Assembly: GCA_018667355.1 (NCBI GenBank)
Contig: JABIVC010000003.1
Coordinates: 9,525-73,524 of the forward strand
Source of the DNA: Gammaproteobacteria bacterium
Lineage (GTDB): Bacteria; Pseudomonadota; Gammaproteobacteria; GCA-002705445; GCA-002716945
DNA length: 64,000 nucleotides
Direction of reading: 5' to 3'
Shown here: in pieces, positions 11,282 through 22,653 of the stretch
Layout of the letters: each line of letters begins with the position of its first letter
Position numbering within the stretch: position 1 is the first letter of the stretch
The notes under the pieces: model-generated
Databases searched by the model: none
Told to the model about the DNA's origin: nothing
The model's input: only the letters and a program-made list of their open reading frames with translations
Program-made: the position numbers and the translations under genes

Positions 11282-13819
11282 ATGCCAGAAAATCAAGAAA
11301 TAAGATTCGAGCAAGAAATGAGACAATCTTATCTAGATTATGCTATGAGCGTAATAGTAGGTAGGGCATTACCAGATGTTAGAGATGGTTTAAAACCTGT
11401 CCACAGAAGAGTTCTATTTTCTATGCATGAACTGAATAACGGCTGGAATAAATCTTATAAAAAATCTGCAAGAATTGTTGGTGATGTAATAGGTAAGTAC
11501 CACCCTCATGGTGACTCTGCTGTTTATGACACGATAGTAAGATTAGCTCAGCCTTTCTCAATGAGACACCCGCTAATTGATGGACAAGGTAATTTTGGTT
11601 CGGTAGACGGGGACTCTCCAGCTGCTATGCGATATACCGAAGTTAGAATGTCAAAATTATCTCAAGAGTTATTACAAGATATTGATAAAAATACTGTTGA
11701 TTTTTCACCTAACTATGATGGTTCTGAAAAAGAGCCCACTGTATTACCAACGCGTATACCCAACTTACTAGTTAATGGGTCTACAGGTATTGCTGTTGGT
11801 ATGGCAACAAATATACCTCCACATAATCTTACTGAGGTTGTTGATGCAACAATTGCCATAATTAATAATCCATTATTATCAGATAAAAATAATATCGATG
11901 AATTAATAAAAGTGAGCGGTCTTCAAGGTCCAGACTTCCCAACATATGGTGAAATAAAAGATGATGGCGGTATCAGAAATGCACTTCTTAATGGCAGAGG
12001 TTCTTTTAAGATTAGAGCAAAGCATGTTATCGAGAAAAAAGATAATGATAGAACATCGATTGTATTTACAGAATTACCATATCAAGTGAACAAAGCTAGA
12101 TTAATTGAAAATATCGCACAGCTTGTAAGAGATAAAAAAATTAATGAAATTAGTCATTTGAGAGATGAGTCAGATAGAGATGGAATGAGATTGGTTATTG
12201 AATTGAAACGTGGAGAGCAACATGAGGTTTTATTGGGAGCCTTATATAAACATACTAATGCTCAAACATCATATTCGGTGAATATGGTTTGTCTAGTTGA
12301 TGGTGAACCAAAGACATTAGGTTTCACTGAAATATTAAATGAGTTCATTAAACATAGGCGAGAAGTTATAACAAAAAGAACGCTTCATGATCTTGATAAA
12401 GCCAAAAATAAAGCACACATACTTGAAGGTCTTGGAGTAGCATTAATAAATGTCGATGAGATAATCGCGTTGATTAAAAAATCAAAAAACTCGTCTGAAG
12501 CAAAGACTGCCTTGATATCAAAAAAATGGGAGCCTGGTCAATTAACTAAATATTTGGGTATCGTAGATAAGCAAACTAATGTCTTTATTAAGAGTGATTC
12601 TCAATATGGTTTGCATGGAAAATTATATAAATTATCACCAGTTCAGGCACAAGCAATACTAGATTTAAGACTTCAAAAACTAACTGGTTTAGAACAAGAA
12701 AAAATATTTACTGATTATGAATTAACAATCAATGAGATTAAAGCTTATATTAAAATTCTTACTAATATAGAAGAGCTTGATAGTGTAATGAAAAACGAGC
12801 TTGAGGATGTAAAAAAAGAATATGGTGAATCAAGAAGATCAATCGTTTCAAATGATGAGGGAGAGTTAAGAAAAGAGGATTTGATTAAGAAAGAAGATAT
12901 TATAGTAGTCTTAACAAAAGCTGATTATGTTAAACGTCTCCCAGCTGCTGACTTCAAGAGTCAAAAAAGGGGCGGAAGAGGAATCAATGCAACAAAATTC
13001 AAGGATGGCGATGAGGCAAAACTGTTATGCCAAGCTCATACGCATGATATTATATTATGTTTTTCAACATTAGGAAAAGTCTATGCGATACGAGCTTTTG
13101 ATATCCCTGACCCAAGTAGACAAGCTCGAGGTAGACCGATTAATAATGTATTACCACTTGAAAGTAATGAATCAATTAGCACTTTTGTTGTAGTGAACTC
13201 ATTTGATGAAGATGCTTATTTATTCATGTCAACAAAAAATGGAATGATTAATAAGATTCCTATTAATTTATTTAAGAAAATACGTACTACAGGCTTGAAA
13301 GCAATTCTGCTTAAACCAGGAGATATTTTACTGGGCGCACATTATACAGATAAAGACGACCTAATCATGTTAGTTGCCGATAATGGTAAGGCAATTAAAT
13401 TTTCAGAGTCTGATGTTAGAGAAAGATTCAGAGGCACATTGGGTGTAAAAGGTATTAATTTGTCGAAGAACTCAAAACTAGTTTCTATAATAAAACCTTG
13501 CGGAGGAGAGATAATCACTGTTACTGAAAATGGATATGGAAATAGAGTTTCTATTGAAAATTACAATACTCAAAAAAGAGGTGGTGTTGGAGTGATTGGC
13601 ATCAAAACAAGTACCCGTAATGGAAAAGTTGTTGGTGCAGTCAATGTTGGCCCTGATGACCAAATAATTATGATTACAAACAAGGGCAAAACTATTAAGA
13701 TATCTATAAATGATATGCCTATAATTGGAAGAAATACACAGGGAGTTAGATTGCAAGTTTTACAGGATGGTGAAAAGCTTGTGGCAATATCAACTGAAAC
13801 AATTGTAAGCGATGAGTGA
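11282..13819 (+). CDS. gyrA: DNA gyrase subunit A
   Basis: [29 protein letters not shown]; GyrA box QKRGGRG. Confidence 0.98.
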   Translation: MPENQEIRFEQEMRQSYLDYAMSVIVGRALPDVRDGLKPVHRRVLFSMHELNNGWNKSYKKSARIVGDVIGKYHPHGDSAVYDTIVRLAQPFSMRHPLIDGQGNFGSVDGDSPAAMRYTEVRMSKLSQELLQDIDKNTVDFSPNYDGSEKEPTVLPTRIPNLLVNGSTGIAVGMATNIPPHNLTEVVDATIAIINNPLLSDKNNIDELIKVSGLQGPDFPTYGEIKDDGGIRNALLNGRGSFKIRAKHVIEKKDNDRTSIVFTELPYQVNKARLIENIAQLVRDKKINEISHLRDESDRDGMRLVIELKRGEQHEVLLGALYKHTNAQTSYSVNMVCLVDGEPKTLGFTEILNEFIKHRREVITKRTLHDLDKAKNKAHILEGLGVALINVDEIIALIKKSKNSSEAKTALISKKWEPGQLTKYLGIVDKQTNVFIKSDSQYGLHGKLYKLSPVQAQAILDLRLQKLTGLEQEKIFTDYELTINEIKAYIKILTNIEELDSVMKNELEDVKKEYGESRRSIVSNDEGELRKEDLIKKEDIIVVLTKADYVKRLPAADFKSQKRGGRGINATKFKDGDEAKLLCQAHTHDIILCFSTLGKVYAIRAFDIPDPSRQARGRPINNVLPLESNESISTFVVVNSFDEDAYLFMSTKNGMINKIPINLFKKIRTTGLKAILLKPGDILLGAHYTDKDDLIMLVADNGKAIKFSESDVRERFRGTLGVKGINLSKNSKLVSIIKPCGGEIITVTENGYGNRVSIENYNTQKRGGVGVIGIKTSTRNGKVVGAVNVGPDDQIIMITNKGKTIKISINDMPIIGRNTQGVRLQVLQDGEKLVAISTETIVSDE

Positions 13820-14885
13820 AGATTTAAAAAAAATTAGGACCCTTATAGATAAGATTGACAAACAGATTGTCAAAACTTTAAATGAGCGTGCAAAACTTGC
13901 AAAAAAAATTAAAAAAGCCAAAGCGTCGTCCCAAAAGAAAGATATATTTAGGCCGGAGAGAGAAGCTCAAATACTCAGAAAGATAGGATCAATCAATACA
14001 GGCCCACTACAATCTACGCACTTACAGTCGATATTCAGAGAGATTATATCTTCATGTCTATCGCTAGAAACAAGCTTAAAAGTAAGTTGTTTAGGACCAG
14101 AACAATCATATAGTAATCTTGCATTAACTAAGTTTTTTGGTTCATCAGTAGAGATTAAGTTTAATAATTCTATATCTGAGATTTTTGATGATGTATCCAA
14201 AAGAAATGTGGACTATGGAATTGTTCCTATTGAAAACTCAAATCAAGGTAGCATAAAAGAAACTATTGAACATCTAATCAAAGACAATAGTCGATTATGT
14301 GGAGAAGTAAATCTTGATATTAAGCATTGCTTATTATCCTCTTCTAAAAAGGTTAGCCAGATTAAGAAGGTTTATGCTCATGAACAAACTTTTTTACAAT
14401 GTAATCAATGGCTCAACAAAAATATGCCAGATGTCAGAAGAATCTTCACTACCAGTAATTCAGCTGCGGTTCAAAAAGTTTCTATACTTAAAAACTCTGC
14501 TGCTATAGCCAGCAAGAATTGTTCTCCTGTTTATAAGGTTGATATCCTAAAGAACAACATACATGATAGTGCTGATAATACGACTAGGTTCATTGTCATT
14601 GGGAATGATGATATAAATATTAGTGGTTCTGACAAAACGTCAATTCTAATTTCCATCGATAATAGAGCTGGTGCATTAAATGATTTGCTTATGCCGTTGT
14701 CAAAGAATAATATTAGTATGTCAAAGATAGAATCCATACCAACAAAGATAAATAATTGGGAATATATGTTTCTATTAGACATAGATGGTCATATAGAAAA
14801 TAAGACTGTAAATAAAGCACTTATGGAAATACAGAAAAAAAGTTCCTTTTATAAAAATTTAGGTTCATATCCTAAAAGTATCTGA
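13812..14885 (+). CDS. pheA: chorismate mutase/prephenate dehydratase (P-protein)
   Basis: N-terminal CM domain (FRPERE); VPIENS, NTTRF; ACT domain. Confidence 0.93.
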   Translation: MSEDLKKIRTLIDKIDKQIVKTLNERAKLAKKIKKAKASSQKKDIFRPEREAQILRKIGSINTGPLQSTHLQSIFREIISSCLSLETSLKVSCLGPEQSYSNLALTKFFGSSVEIKFNNSISEIFDDVSKRNVDYGIVPIENSNQGSIKETIEHLIKDNSRLCGEVNLDIKHCLLSSSKKVSQIKKVYAHEQTFLQCNQWLNKNMPDVRRIFTTSNSAAVQKVSILKNSAAIASKNCSPVYKVDILKNNIHDSADNTTRFIVIGNDDINISGSDKTSILISIDNRAGALNDLLMPLSKNNISMSKIESIPTKINNWEYMFLLDIDGHIENKTVNKALMEIQKKSSFYKNLGSYPKSI

Positions 14886-14887
14886 CA

Positions 14888-15997
14888 ATGGTTAATAAAA
14901 CATCATCATCAACATATCAGCCAGGTAGGAATATTAATGATATTCAGAAAACCTACGGGATAAAGAAAGTAATTAAGTTAGCTTCAAATGAAAACCCATT
15001 AGGACCGAGTAAAAAGGCAGTAATAGCAGCTAATACAATTACTAAATATTTGAATAGATACCCTGATAGCAAATCTATCAATCTCAAGAAAGCAATCCAA
15101 GAAAAAATATCTAAGAAAAATATTACAGAAGATAATATAATTATTGGTAACGGCTCAAACGAAATATTAGAATTAGTCGCCCGGAAGTACCTTTCACAAA
15201 ACTCTGAAGTTTTATTTTGCAAACATTCTTTTCTGGTATACAAGATTATCTCTAATACAATGAGCGCTAAAATCATTGAGTCAAAACCAATTTCTACTAA
15301 AGATAATAGTTTTATGGGTGTAGATTTAGACTCTATGAAATCTAAAATTACAAGTAAAACAAGAGTAATCTTCATCGCAAACCCTGGTAATCCAACCGGT
15401 GTTGCTCTACCTATTAAAGACATTGAAGTATTTATTAAAAAAATCTCTAAAAAGATAATTGTAGTTATAGATGAAGCTTATTATGAGTATTCTTCTTATT
15501 ATGGTTTTAAGAGCGGTATATCCTTATTAGGAAAATATCCAAATATAATAATCACTAGGTCTTTTTCTAAAATATATGCATTAGCAGGAATACGCGTAGG
15601 TTATGGGCTAGCATCGAAAGAGATTATAAATAAATTTAATGACATTAGACAACCTTTCAATGTTAATTATATTGCTCAAAGAATGGCTAAAGAGTCTCTT
15701 TCTGATGATAAATACCTTAAGAAAAGTTTAGATCTTAATAATATTGGGATGCAGTTCTTAAAACTAGAATTTGACCAGTTAAAAATATCATATCTTAAAA
15801 GTAGTACTAATTTCATTACATTTTATTTAGGTAATAAGACGCAACAAGTGTATGAGATGTTATTGTCTGAAGGTGTGATATTGAGGTCGTTGGAGAACTA
15901 TGGACTCCCGAGTTATCTGAGGGTTACTGTCGGCACAAAAGATGAAAATATCATGTTTATAAAAAAATTAAAAAAATCGTTAAAGAGAATATTATAA
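14888..15997 (+). CDS. hisC: histidinol-phosphate/aromatic aminotransferase
   Basis: KLASNENPLG, NPGNPTG, DEAY, RSFSKIYALAGIRVG. Confidence 0.93.
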   Translation: MVNKTSSSTYQPGRNINDIQKTYGIKKVIKLASNENPLGPSKKAVIAANTITKYLNRYPDSKSINLKKAIQEKISKKNITEDNIIIGNGSNEILELVARKYLSQNSEVLFCKHSFLVYKIISNTMSAKIIESKPISTKDNSFMGVDLDSMKSKITSKTRVIFIANPGNPTGVALPIKDIEVFIKKISKKIIVVIDEAYYEYSSYYGFKSGISLLGKYPNIIITRSFSKIYALAGIRVGYGLASKEIINKFNDIRQPFNVNYIAQRMAKESLSDDKYLKKSLDLNNIGMQFLKLEFDQLKISYLKSSTNFITFYLGNKTQQVYEMLLSEGVILRSLENYGLPSYLRVTVGTKDENIMFIKKLKKSLKRIL

Positions 15998-16846
15998 ATG
16001 TATAATTCTATTTATATATTTGGTTTGGGCATGATGGGTGCTTCACTGGCATCATCTATCAAGCGTAAAAAACTAGCAAAAAAGATTTTTGCTTATGATA
16101 CTGATGTTAGTAGTCTAAAATATGCTAAAAACAAAAAAATAATTAATAATTTTGATAGCGATGATTTCAAATACCTTAGTGAATCTGATTTTATAATTAT
16201 ATGTGTGCCAATGAGTGCATATAAAAAAATTTTTACAATCATCAATAAACATAAAAGTCCTAATGCTATTATTACTGACATTGGTAGCACTAAGGAGAAT
16301 ATAATTGCTATTGCAGAATCTACTCTATCAAATAATAGTGATTGTTTCATCGGATCACATCCTTTAACTGGCAAGGAAACAAGTAAGATAATATCATATG
16401 AAGAAAATCTTTTTGATAAGGCCGTTGTTTTAATGACACCAACCAGAAAAAAAAATAAGGCTTTAATTAATAAGGTATCTAAGTTTTGGAAATCACTCAA
16501 ATGTCAAGTGAAGAGTATATCACCGCAGCTACATGATCTTGTTTTATCAGAAACAAGTCATTTGCCACATCTTGTTTCTTTCGCATTAGTAAATATTATT
16601 TTAAATACTAAATCTATAAAAAATATTAAAGATTATACGGGTGGAGGTTTCAGAGATTTTGCTAGACTTGCTCATAGTGATGGACGAATGTGGAATGATA
16701 TTTGTAGAACTAATGAAAAAAATATTATTTCTTCAATTAACTTACTAATAAAGGAATTAGGCTCGATTAAAAAAATAATTAAAAATAATGATAATTCTCT
16801 GCATCAATATCTTAACGGAATTAAAACTAAGTTAGATAAGAAATGA
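15998..16846 (+). CDS. tyrA: prephenate/arogenate dehydrogenase
   Basis: GLGMMGAS Rossmann motif; TDIGSTK; SHLPH; GGFRDFARLA. Confidence 0.92.
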   Translation: MYNSIYIFGLGMMGASLASSIKRKKLAKKIFAYDTDVSSLKYAKNKKIINNFDSDDFKYLSESDFIIICVPMSAYKKIFTIINKHKSPNAIITDIGSTKENIIAIAESTLSNNSDCFIGSHPLTGKETSKIISYEENLFDKAVVLMTPTRKKNKALINKVSKFWKSLKCQVKSISPQLHDLVLSETSHLPHLVSFALVNIILNTKSIKNIKDYTGGGFRDFARLAHSDGRMWNDICRTNEKNIISSINLLIKELGSIKKIIKNNDNSLHQYLNGIKTKLDKK

Positions 16847-18147
16847 CAAAAAATTCTAATCTAATAATTAATAGCTCCAATAAACTAGAAGGGTCAATAA
16901 CCATTCCTGGTGATAAATCGATAACACATAGAGCAATTATGCTGGGGGCATTATCTGATGGCAAAGTTATGATATCTAATAGCCTCTTATCAGATGATTG
17001 TATGTGCACCCTCGCTGCGTTTAAACAATTTGGGATTAATATTCAAATTAGTGGGGATACAATTACTATAATAGGTGAGGGCTTAAATGGCCTTTCAAAG
17101 CCAGAATATCAAATTGATGCTGGTAACTCAGGTACGTTAGCAAGACTGATATCTGGTATACTCTCAACACAATCCTTTCATAGTTCTATAACTGGAGATA
17201 AATCATTGGTTACTAGACCCATGGATAGAATTATAAAGCCGCTTGAATCTTTTGGTGCCATGGTTGAATCAAAAAATGGGATGCTTCCAATTAAATTCTC
17301 ACCATCATCTTCTATGAAATCTATTCGATATCATAGCAAGATACCTAGTGCCCAAGTCAAGTCATCATTAATTTTAGCTGCACTTGGAATACATGGAGAA
17401 TCAATTATCAGTGAAGACATTCATACTAGGGATCATACAGAAAGACTTTTGTCATATTTGGACTACCCTATTACCATAGATGATAAAACTATAACTATTC
17501 AAGGTTGTAAAAAAATAATATCAAAAGATATTATAGTCCCAGCTGATATCTCGTCTGCTGCATTTTTGATAGTAGCGGCTTTAATAAAAAAAGATTCTAA
17601 TATCTTATTAGAAAAAATTGGAGTCAACCCATTACGAACTGGAATTATTGATGTTTTATTAAAAATGGGAGCCAACATAAAACTTATTAATCATCGAGTT
17701 ATTTGTAATGAACCTGTTGCAGATATTAAAGTAAAGTATTCAAAATTAAACCCAGTCAGTATTTCTGGTAAAATAATCTCACGTTTGATTGATGAGTTAC
17801 CTATCTTATTTATTGCATGCGCGACTTGCAATGGCCTATCATTTATAGATGATATAAAAGAACTCAGATATAAAGAAAGTGATAGGATAAAGACAATGGA
17901 GAGTGGTCTTAAAAAATTAGGTATAACATTAACTTCAACTGAAAACTCTTTAGAAATTAATGGCGGCCGTTTTACTGGCGGTATAATTGATAGTTATGGA
18001 GATCATAGAATCGCAATGTCATTTTTAATCGCTGGTTTAGTCTCTGATAAGCCTATAACAGTACTCAATACGAGTAATATTAATACATCTTTCCCTGGCT
18101 TCGAGGAAATCTTAAGGGACCAAAATATAGATATTTATAATATATGA
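16843..18147 (+). CDS. aroA: 3-phosphoshikimate 1-carboxyvinyltransferase (class II)
   Basis: PGDKSITHRA, GNSGT, SAQVKS, RDHTER, KESDRI, DHRIAMS. Confidence 0.97.
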   Translation: MTKNSNLIINSSNKLEGSITIPGDKSITHRAIMLGALSDGKVMISNSLLSDDCMCTLAAFKQFGINIQISGDTITIIGEGLNGLSKPEYQIDAGNSGTLARLISGILSTQSFHSSITGDKSLVTRPMDRIIKPLESFGAMVESKNGMLPIKFSPSSSMKSIRYHSKIPSAQVKSSLILAALGIHGESIISEDIHTRDHTERLLSYLDYPITIDDKTITIQGCKKIISKDIIVPADISSAAFLIVAALIKKDSNILLEKIGVNPLRTGIIDVLLKMGANIKLINHRVICNEPVADIKVKYSKLNPVSISGKIISRLIDELPILFIACATCNGLSFIDDIKELRYKESDRIKTMESGLKKLGITLTSTENSLEINGGRFTGGIIDSYGDHRIAMSFLIAGLVSDKPITVLNTSNINTSFPGFEEILRDQNIDIYNI

Positions 18148-18815
18148 TTAATGTACCTATTATCACAATAGATGGATTAGCTAGTTCTGGAAAAACTACT
18201 ATATCTAAATTATTATCCCATCACTTAGGATTCTATACCTTAGATAGTGGAGTTTTATATAGAGCATTTGCATATATCAAGACAATAGAGGGCGTAGATG
18301 AATATACTACAGATACTATATCTAGAATAATTAACAAAATTAACATGGTCCCCACAAAAACCCTTGGTTTTGATATTTTTTATAATAAAAATAATATTAC
18401 TACGCATCTATATAATGAAGAGGTTGGATTAGCGGCATCTAATATATCAAAAAATGAAGACATTAGGGAAGGCTTATTATCAATTCAGCATGGTTCTGTC
18501 CAAATGCCAGGTTTGATAGCTAACGGTAGAGATATGGGAACAAAAGTTTTCCCTGATGCAATGTTGAAGATTTATTTTACTGCCAATATAGATGTTAGAG
18601 CAAAGAGAAGGTATGCGCAGTTAATAGAGTCTGGTTCTAGCCCAAATCTAGAAAATATAAGAAAATCATTGGAAGAAAGAGATCAAAAGGATATGAATAG
18701 AGACGTTTCGCCATTAAAAGCTGATAAAGATGCTGTAATAATTGATTCTAGTGCATTAAATATTGATACTATCCTTGATAAAATCCTTGGATTGTATAAG
18801 ATATCAAGAGTTTGA
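18144..18815 (+). CDS. cmk: cytidylate kinase
   Basis: ITIDG..SGK, LDSGVLYRA, GRDMGT. Confidence 0.93.
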   Translation: MINVPIITIDGLASSGKTTISKLLSHHLGFYTLDSGVLYRAFAYIKTIEGVDEYTTDTISRIINKINMVPTKTLGFDIFYNKNNITTHLYNEEVGLAASNISKNEDIREGLLSIQHGSVQMPGLIANGRDMGTKVFPDAMLKIYFTANIDVRAKRRYAQLIESGSSPNLENIRKSLEERDQKDMNRDVSPLKADKDAVIIDSSALNIDTILDKILGLYKISRV

Positions 18816-18837
18816 ATTAAATGAGGAAAATAAATTA

Positions 18838-20175
18838 ATGGAATCCCAATCAGAATTTGAAGTATTATTTCATGACAGTATGAGTAATATTGACATGACT
18901 CCTGGTAGCATAGTTACCGCAACAGTCATAGAAATAAGAAATGACTATGTTGTCATAAATGCAGGTCTAAAATCTGAAGGTATTATCCCAAAAAGTCAAT
19001 TTCTTAATGTAAAGGGTGAGCTGGAAATAGCATTAGGTGATGAAGTTGAAGTTACACTCGACATGATTGAAGATGGATATGGTGAAACTATCATGTCACG
19101 TGAAAAAGCAAAAAGAACAAAGATATGGGACGAATTAGAGAAAGTTCAGGCAAGCAAAGAAAATATAGAGGGTCGAGTTTCAGGTAAAGTTAAAGGTGGC
19201 TTCACTGTAGATCTATTAAATATAAAAGCATTTTTACCAGGCTCATTGGTTGATGTTCGTCCAACTAAAGAAACTGATTATATAGAAGGAAAGGTCTTAG
19301 AATTTAAAATTATTAAGATGGATAAAATAAGAAATAATATTGTTTTGTCTAGAAAAGCTGTTCTTATGGATCAAAACTCAAGTCCAGAAGAAATTGCAGA
19401 AAAATATACCGAAGGGAAAGTTGTAAAAGGATTTATTAAAAATCTTACAGATTATGGTGCATTTATTGATTTAGGTGGCATCGATGGTCTTTTGCATATA
19501 ACAGATATTTCATGGAAAAGGATTAACCATCCAAGTGAATTATTACGAGTGGGTGATGAAATTAGTGTAGTTGTTCTAAAATATGATACTGAGAAAAATC
19601 GAGTTAGTCTTGGCATGAAACAATTGCTAGATGATCCATGGGACAAAATCCCAGAAAAACTAGAATTAAATACTGTATATAAAGGTAAAGTAGCAAATAT
19701 TGCTGACTATGGTGTCTTTGTTGATCTTGGTGATAATGTTGAGGGACTAGTTAGAACATCAGAACTCAATTGGACTAATAAAAATATCAATCCAAGCAAG
19801 GTTGTTAATTTAGGTGATGAAATTGAAGTCAAGGTTATGGAAATTGACAATGAGAAGAGAAGAGTTTCATTGAGCCATAAGCAGTGTCTGGAGAACCCAT
19901 GGTCTAATTTTGATGATAATAATAGTAAAGGAGACATCATCACTAGTCAAATTAAGTCAATAACTGACTTTGGTATTTTTGTTGGTTTAGATGGTGGTAT
20001 AGATGGCCTAATTCATATAACAGATCTAACATCCGAGGATAAACAAGAAGAAGCTATAAGATCATACAAAAAAGGTGATGATATATCATCGATAATTCTT
20101 TCGATCGACGCTGAAAGAGAAAGAGTTTCTTTGGGTGTTAAGCAATTAGAGACAGATAAATCAGAGACTGAATAA
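18838..20175 (+). CDS. rpsA: 30S ribosomal protein S1 (five S1 repeats); start moved to ATG 18838
   Basis: LKSEG, AFLPGS, DGLLHITD S1 repeats; GAGGA Shine-Dalgarno upstream of ATG 18838. Confidence 0.95.
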   Translation: MESQSEFEVLFHDSMSNIDMTPGSIVTATVIEIRNDYVVINAGLKSEGIIPKSQFLNVKGELEIALGDEVEVTLDMIEDGYGETIMSREKAKRTKIWDELEKVQASKENIEGRVSGKVKGGFTVDLLNIKAFLPGSLVDVRPTKETDYIEGKVLEFKIIKMDKIRNNIVLSRKAVLMDQNSSPEEIAEKYTEGKVVKGFIKNLTDYGAFIDLGGIDGLLHITDISWKRINHPSELLRVGDEISVVVLKYDTEKNRVSLGMKQLLDDPWDKIPEKLELNTVYKGKVANIADYGVFVDLGDNVEGLVRTSELNWTNKNINPSKVVNLGDEIEVKVMEIDNEKRRVSLSHKQCLENPWSNFDDNNSKGDIITSQIKSITDFGIFVGLDGGIDGLIHITDLTSEDKQEEAIRSYKKGDDISSIILSIDAERERVSLGVKQLETDKSETE

Positions 20176-20176
20176 C

Positions 20177-20467
20177 ATGGTGTTAAATAGATCAGAATTA
20201 ATTTCCAAACTTTCAAATAAATTCAAATCTTTTACTACTTCTGATATTGATTACTCTGTCAAAAAAATTCTAGAGCATGTCTCAAAGTCTTTATATTCTG
20301 GCGACAGGGTTGAGATTAGAGGTTTCGGTACATTCTCGCTACATAATCATAATTCGAGAACAGCTAGAAACCCGAAAACTGGTGAACTAGTAGCTTTAGA
20401 GCAAAGAAATAGTGTTCACTTTAAACCCAGCAAAGAACTTAAGGCAAGAGTAAATAACAAGGATTAA
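20177..20467 (+). CDS. ihfB: integration host factor beta subunit
   Basis: RVEIRGFGTF, RNPKTGE, HFKPSKEL. Confidence 0.93.
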   Translation: MVLNRSELISKLSNKFKSFTTSDIDYSVKKILEHVSKSLYSGDRVEIRGFGTFSLHNHNSRTARNPKTGELVALEQRNSVHFKPSKELKARVNNKD

Positions 20468-20520
20468 CGCTTATTTTATCTTCAATTAACTATCCTAATA
20501 GAATAGTATAATATATAACT

Positions 20521-20817
20521 ATGTTTAGAGTTTTAATATTTCTTGTCACAGTATCTTTGTTAGCTTTGTCTGTAACGATATCTATGCTTAATCCACTGGA
20601 TTTAGAAATAGATTTGTATTTTCATAAATATACCGCTCCTTTACCACTTTTCTTATTCATAAGCTTTCTGATGGGGTCTTTTTTGGCGTTACTATTCTTC
20701 TTATCTGCGTATATAAAGCATAAACATGAAGCTATGAATCTAAGAAAATCATTAAAAACCAAGGAAGATGAAATTGATAGTCTCAGAAGGAACCCGCTTA
20801 GAGATGATCACGAATGA
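20521..20817 (+). CDS. lapA: lipopolysaccharide assembly protein A
   Basis: Two TM segments plus coiled tail; sits between ihfB and lapB. Confidence 0.8.
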   Translation: MFRVLIFLVTVSLLALSVTISMLNPLDLEIDLYFHKYTAPLPLFLFISFLMGSFLALLFFLSAYIKHKHEAMNLRKSLKTKEDEIDSLRRNPLRDDHE

Positions 20818-21983
20818 CCTACATAGTAATTGGATTAACGTTGGTAATAGTATTATCAGCTTACTTTTATCTTAAACCTAAACCAGCAGTAACAAAAAAT
20901 ATATTTAATGCTGAATATTATAGAGGCTTAAACTATTTATTAAATAATGAAGAAGAAAAGGCCTTTAAAATATTTGCTGCACTAATGGATGTTGACAGTT
21001 CTACTATTGAAACACATCTTGCTTTAGGTGGTTTATACAGGAAAAGAGGTGAGTTTGATAAGGCAATTTTAATTCATCAGAACTTACTTTCAAGGCCTAC
21101 ATTAGAAATAGAGCTAAAGAATCAAGCTTTATATGAATTAGCTAAAGATTTTTTTTCTGCAGGACTGTATGACCGTTCAGAGAGGATATTTAAAAATTTA
21201 TCTGAAATTAAAAGTTATAAAAATTCATCTTTAGAGTATTTGCTTAAGATATATGAGGTATCTAAAGATTGGGAAAAGGCTATAGAGCTAGTAAAATCTA
21301 TGGATAGTATAATTAATAATGAAAAAACGTCAGTACTTCTCTCGCAATATTATTGTGAAATCTCTAATAATTATAATAAGCAAAACCAAATTGAAAAATC
21401 TATAGCTATATCTAAGAAAGCACTGAAAACTAACATAGGCTGTATACGAGCAAATTATCAATTAGCTAAATATTATTCAAAGAATGATATAGGGATATCA
21501 GTACAGTATTATTATTCTATAATTCTTCTAAATAAAAAGTTCTCAAAATATGTTGTCAGTAAGATAATATCATTAGCTAAAGAGATTCAGAACACGGGTT
21601 TAATTCTAAAAACACTAATGAATATATCTAAAATCAAAGAAATACCATTTATACCAGATATATATTTTTTTATTCTTTACGAGAAAGATAAGACGGAAGC
21701 AATGAACTATATTAATTCTTTTGACAGGAAAAATGTTATTGATAATTTTATAATAACACATACTCTTGCTTCAACAGAAGAACATACTAATCTTAATGGT
21801 ATAGTCCATGACTTAGTTAATTCTTATAAGAATATTTTTTCATCAAGTTATTACTTTATTTGTAATAATTGTGGATATAAGTCTAATGAGTTAAACTGGA
21901 TGTGTCCTAGCTGCAATACATGGGAAACAATAGTTCCTAAATCAGCCATTGATATAATAGTGGATGGAAAGAATAGTGAATAA
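20814..21983 (+). CDS. lapB: lipopolysaccharide assembly protein B
   Basis: YYRGLNYLLN, ETHLALG, TPR repeats; C-terminal CNNCG..CPSC rubredoxin-like motif. Confidence 0.93.
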   Translation: MTYIVIGLTLVIVLSAYFYLKPKPAVTKNIFNAEYYRGLNYLLNNEEEKAFKIFAALMDVDSSTIETHLALGGLYRKRGEFDKAILIHQNLLSRPTLEIELKNQALYELAKDFFSAGLYDRSERIFKNLSEIKSYKNSSLEYLLKIYEVSKDWEKAIELVKSMDSIINNEKTSVLLSQYYCEISNNYNKQNQIEKSIAISKKALKTNIGCIRANYQLAKYYSKNDIGISVQYYYSIILLNKKFSKYVVSKIISLAKEIQNTGLILKTLMNISKIKEIPFIPDIYFFILYEKDKTEAMNYINSFDRKNVIDNFIITHTLASTEEHTNLNGIVHDLVNSYKNIFSSSYYFICNNCGYKSNELNWMCPSCNTWETIVPKSAIDIIVDGKNSE

Positions 21984-22653
21984 TAAGATAATCGTTGCTT
22001 TAGATTATAGCGATATAAAACAAGCTCTCAGTTTGTCTGAAAAATTAGACCCAACATATTGTAGATTAAAGGTTGGAAAACAACTCTTCACGAAATATGG
22101 CCCAAGCATAGTAAGTGATCTTCAAAAAAATAATTTTGATATATTTTTGGATTTAAAATTTCATGATATTCCTACAACAGTCTATAAAGCATGTGTTGAA
22201 GCATATAATCTTGGCGTATGGATGCTAAATATTCATCTTTTGGGTGGTTATGAAATGGCAATTGCAGCCAAAGAAGCCAGGGATAAAGTTAACAAGGAAG
22301 CTAAAATCATCGGGGTAACTCTATTAACTAGTCATTCCAATGATAGCATGTCTCATCTTGGTATGCAGTCGAGAGATGATGTTGTTAAGGGTTTGTCAAT
22401 GATTGCAAGCAAAGCAGAAATAGATGGAGTTGTATGCTCTCCTGGTGATATAAAGGCCATCAATACATTTAGTAATAACCTAGATTTTGTTACTCCTGGG
22501 ATTAGACTTGATAATGAAACAGATGATCACTCCAAGTCATACAATCCTAAAAGAGCTTTAGAATTAGGAAGCTCTTACTTAGTTGTTGGTAGGCCAATAA
22601 CGGAAGCTAATGATCCAATGAGCGTTATAAGTCAGATTAAATCGATGATTTGA
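21964..22653 (+). CDS. pyrF: orotidine-5'-phosphate decarboxylase
   Basis: IIVALD, FLDLKFHDIPTT, VTPGIR, VVGRPIT. Confidence 0.96.
   Translation: MERIVNNKIIVALDYSDIKQALSLSEKLDPTYCRLKVGKQLFTKYGPSIVSDLQKNNFDIFLDLKFHDIPTTVYKACVEAYNLGVWMLNIHLLGGYEMAIAAKEARDKVNKEAKIIGVTLLTSHSNDSMSHLGMQSRDDVVKGLSMIASKAEIDGVVCSPGDIKAINTFSNNLDFVTPGIRLDNETDDHSKSYNPKRALELGSSYLVVGRPITEANDPMSVISQIKSMI

Noticed and set aside
11490-11540. Quinolone-resistance substitutions in GyrA
   Set aside because: The QRDR reads HGDSAVYD, with wild-type Ser and Asp at the key positions.
18763-18837. N-terminal extensions given by the ORF track for rpsA (also yajC 26732, purA 59553, rluC 51918)
   Set aside because: They arise from upstream alternative start codons. 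Downstream ATGs fit family N-termini better, and rpsA, yajC and purA have a Shine-Dalgarno at the downstream ATG.
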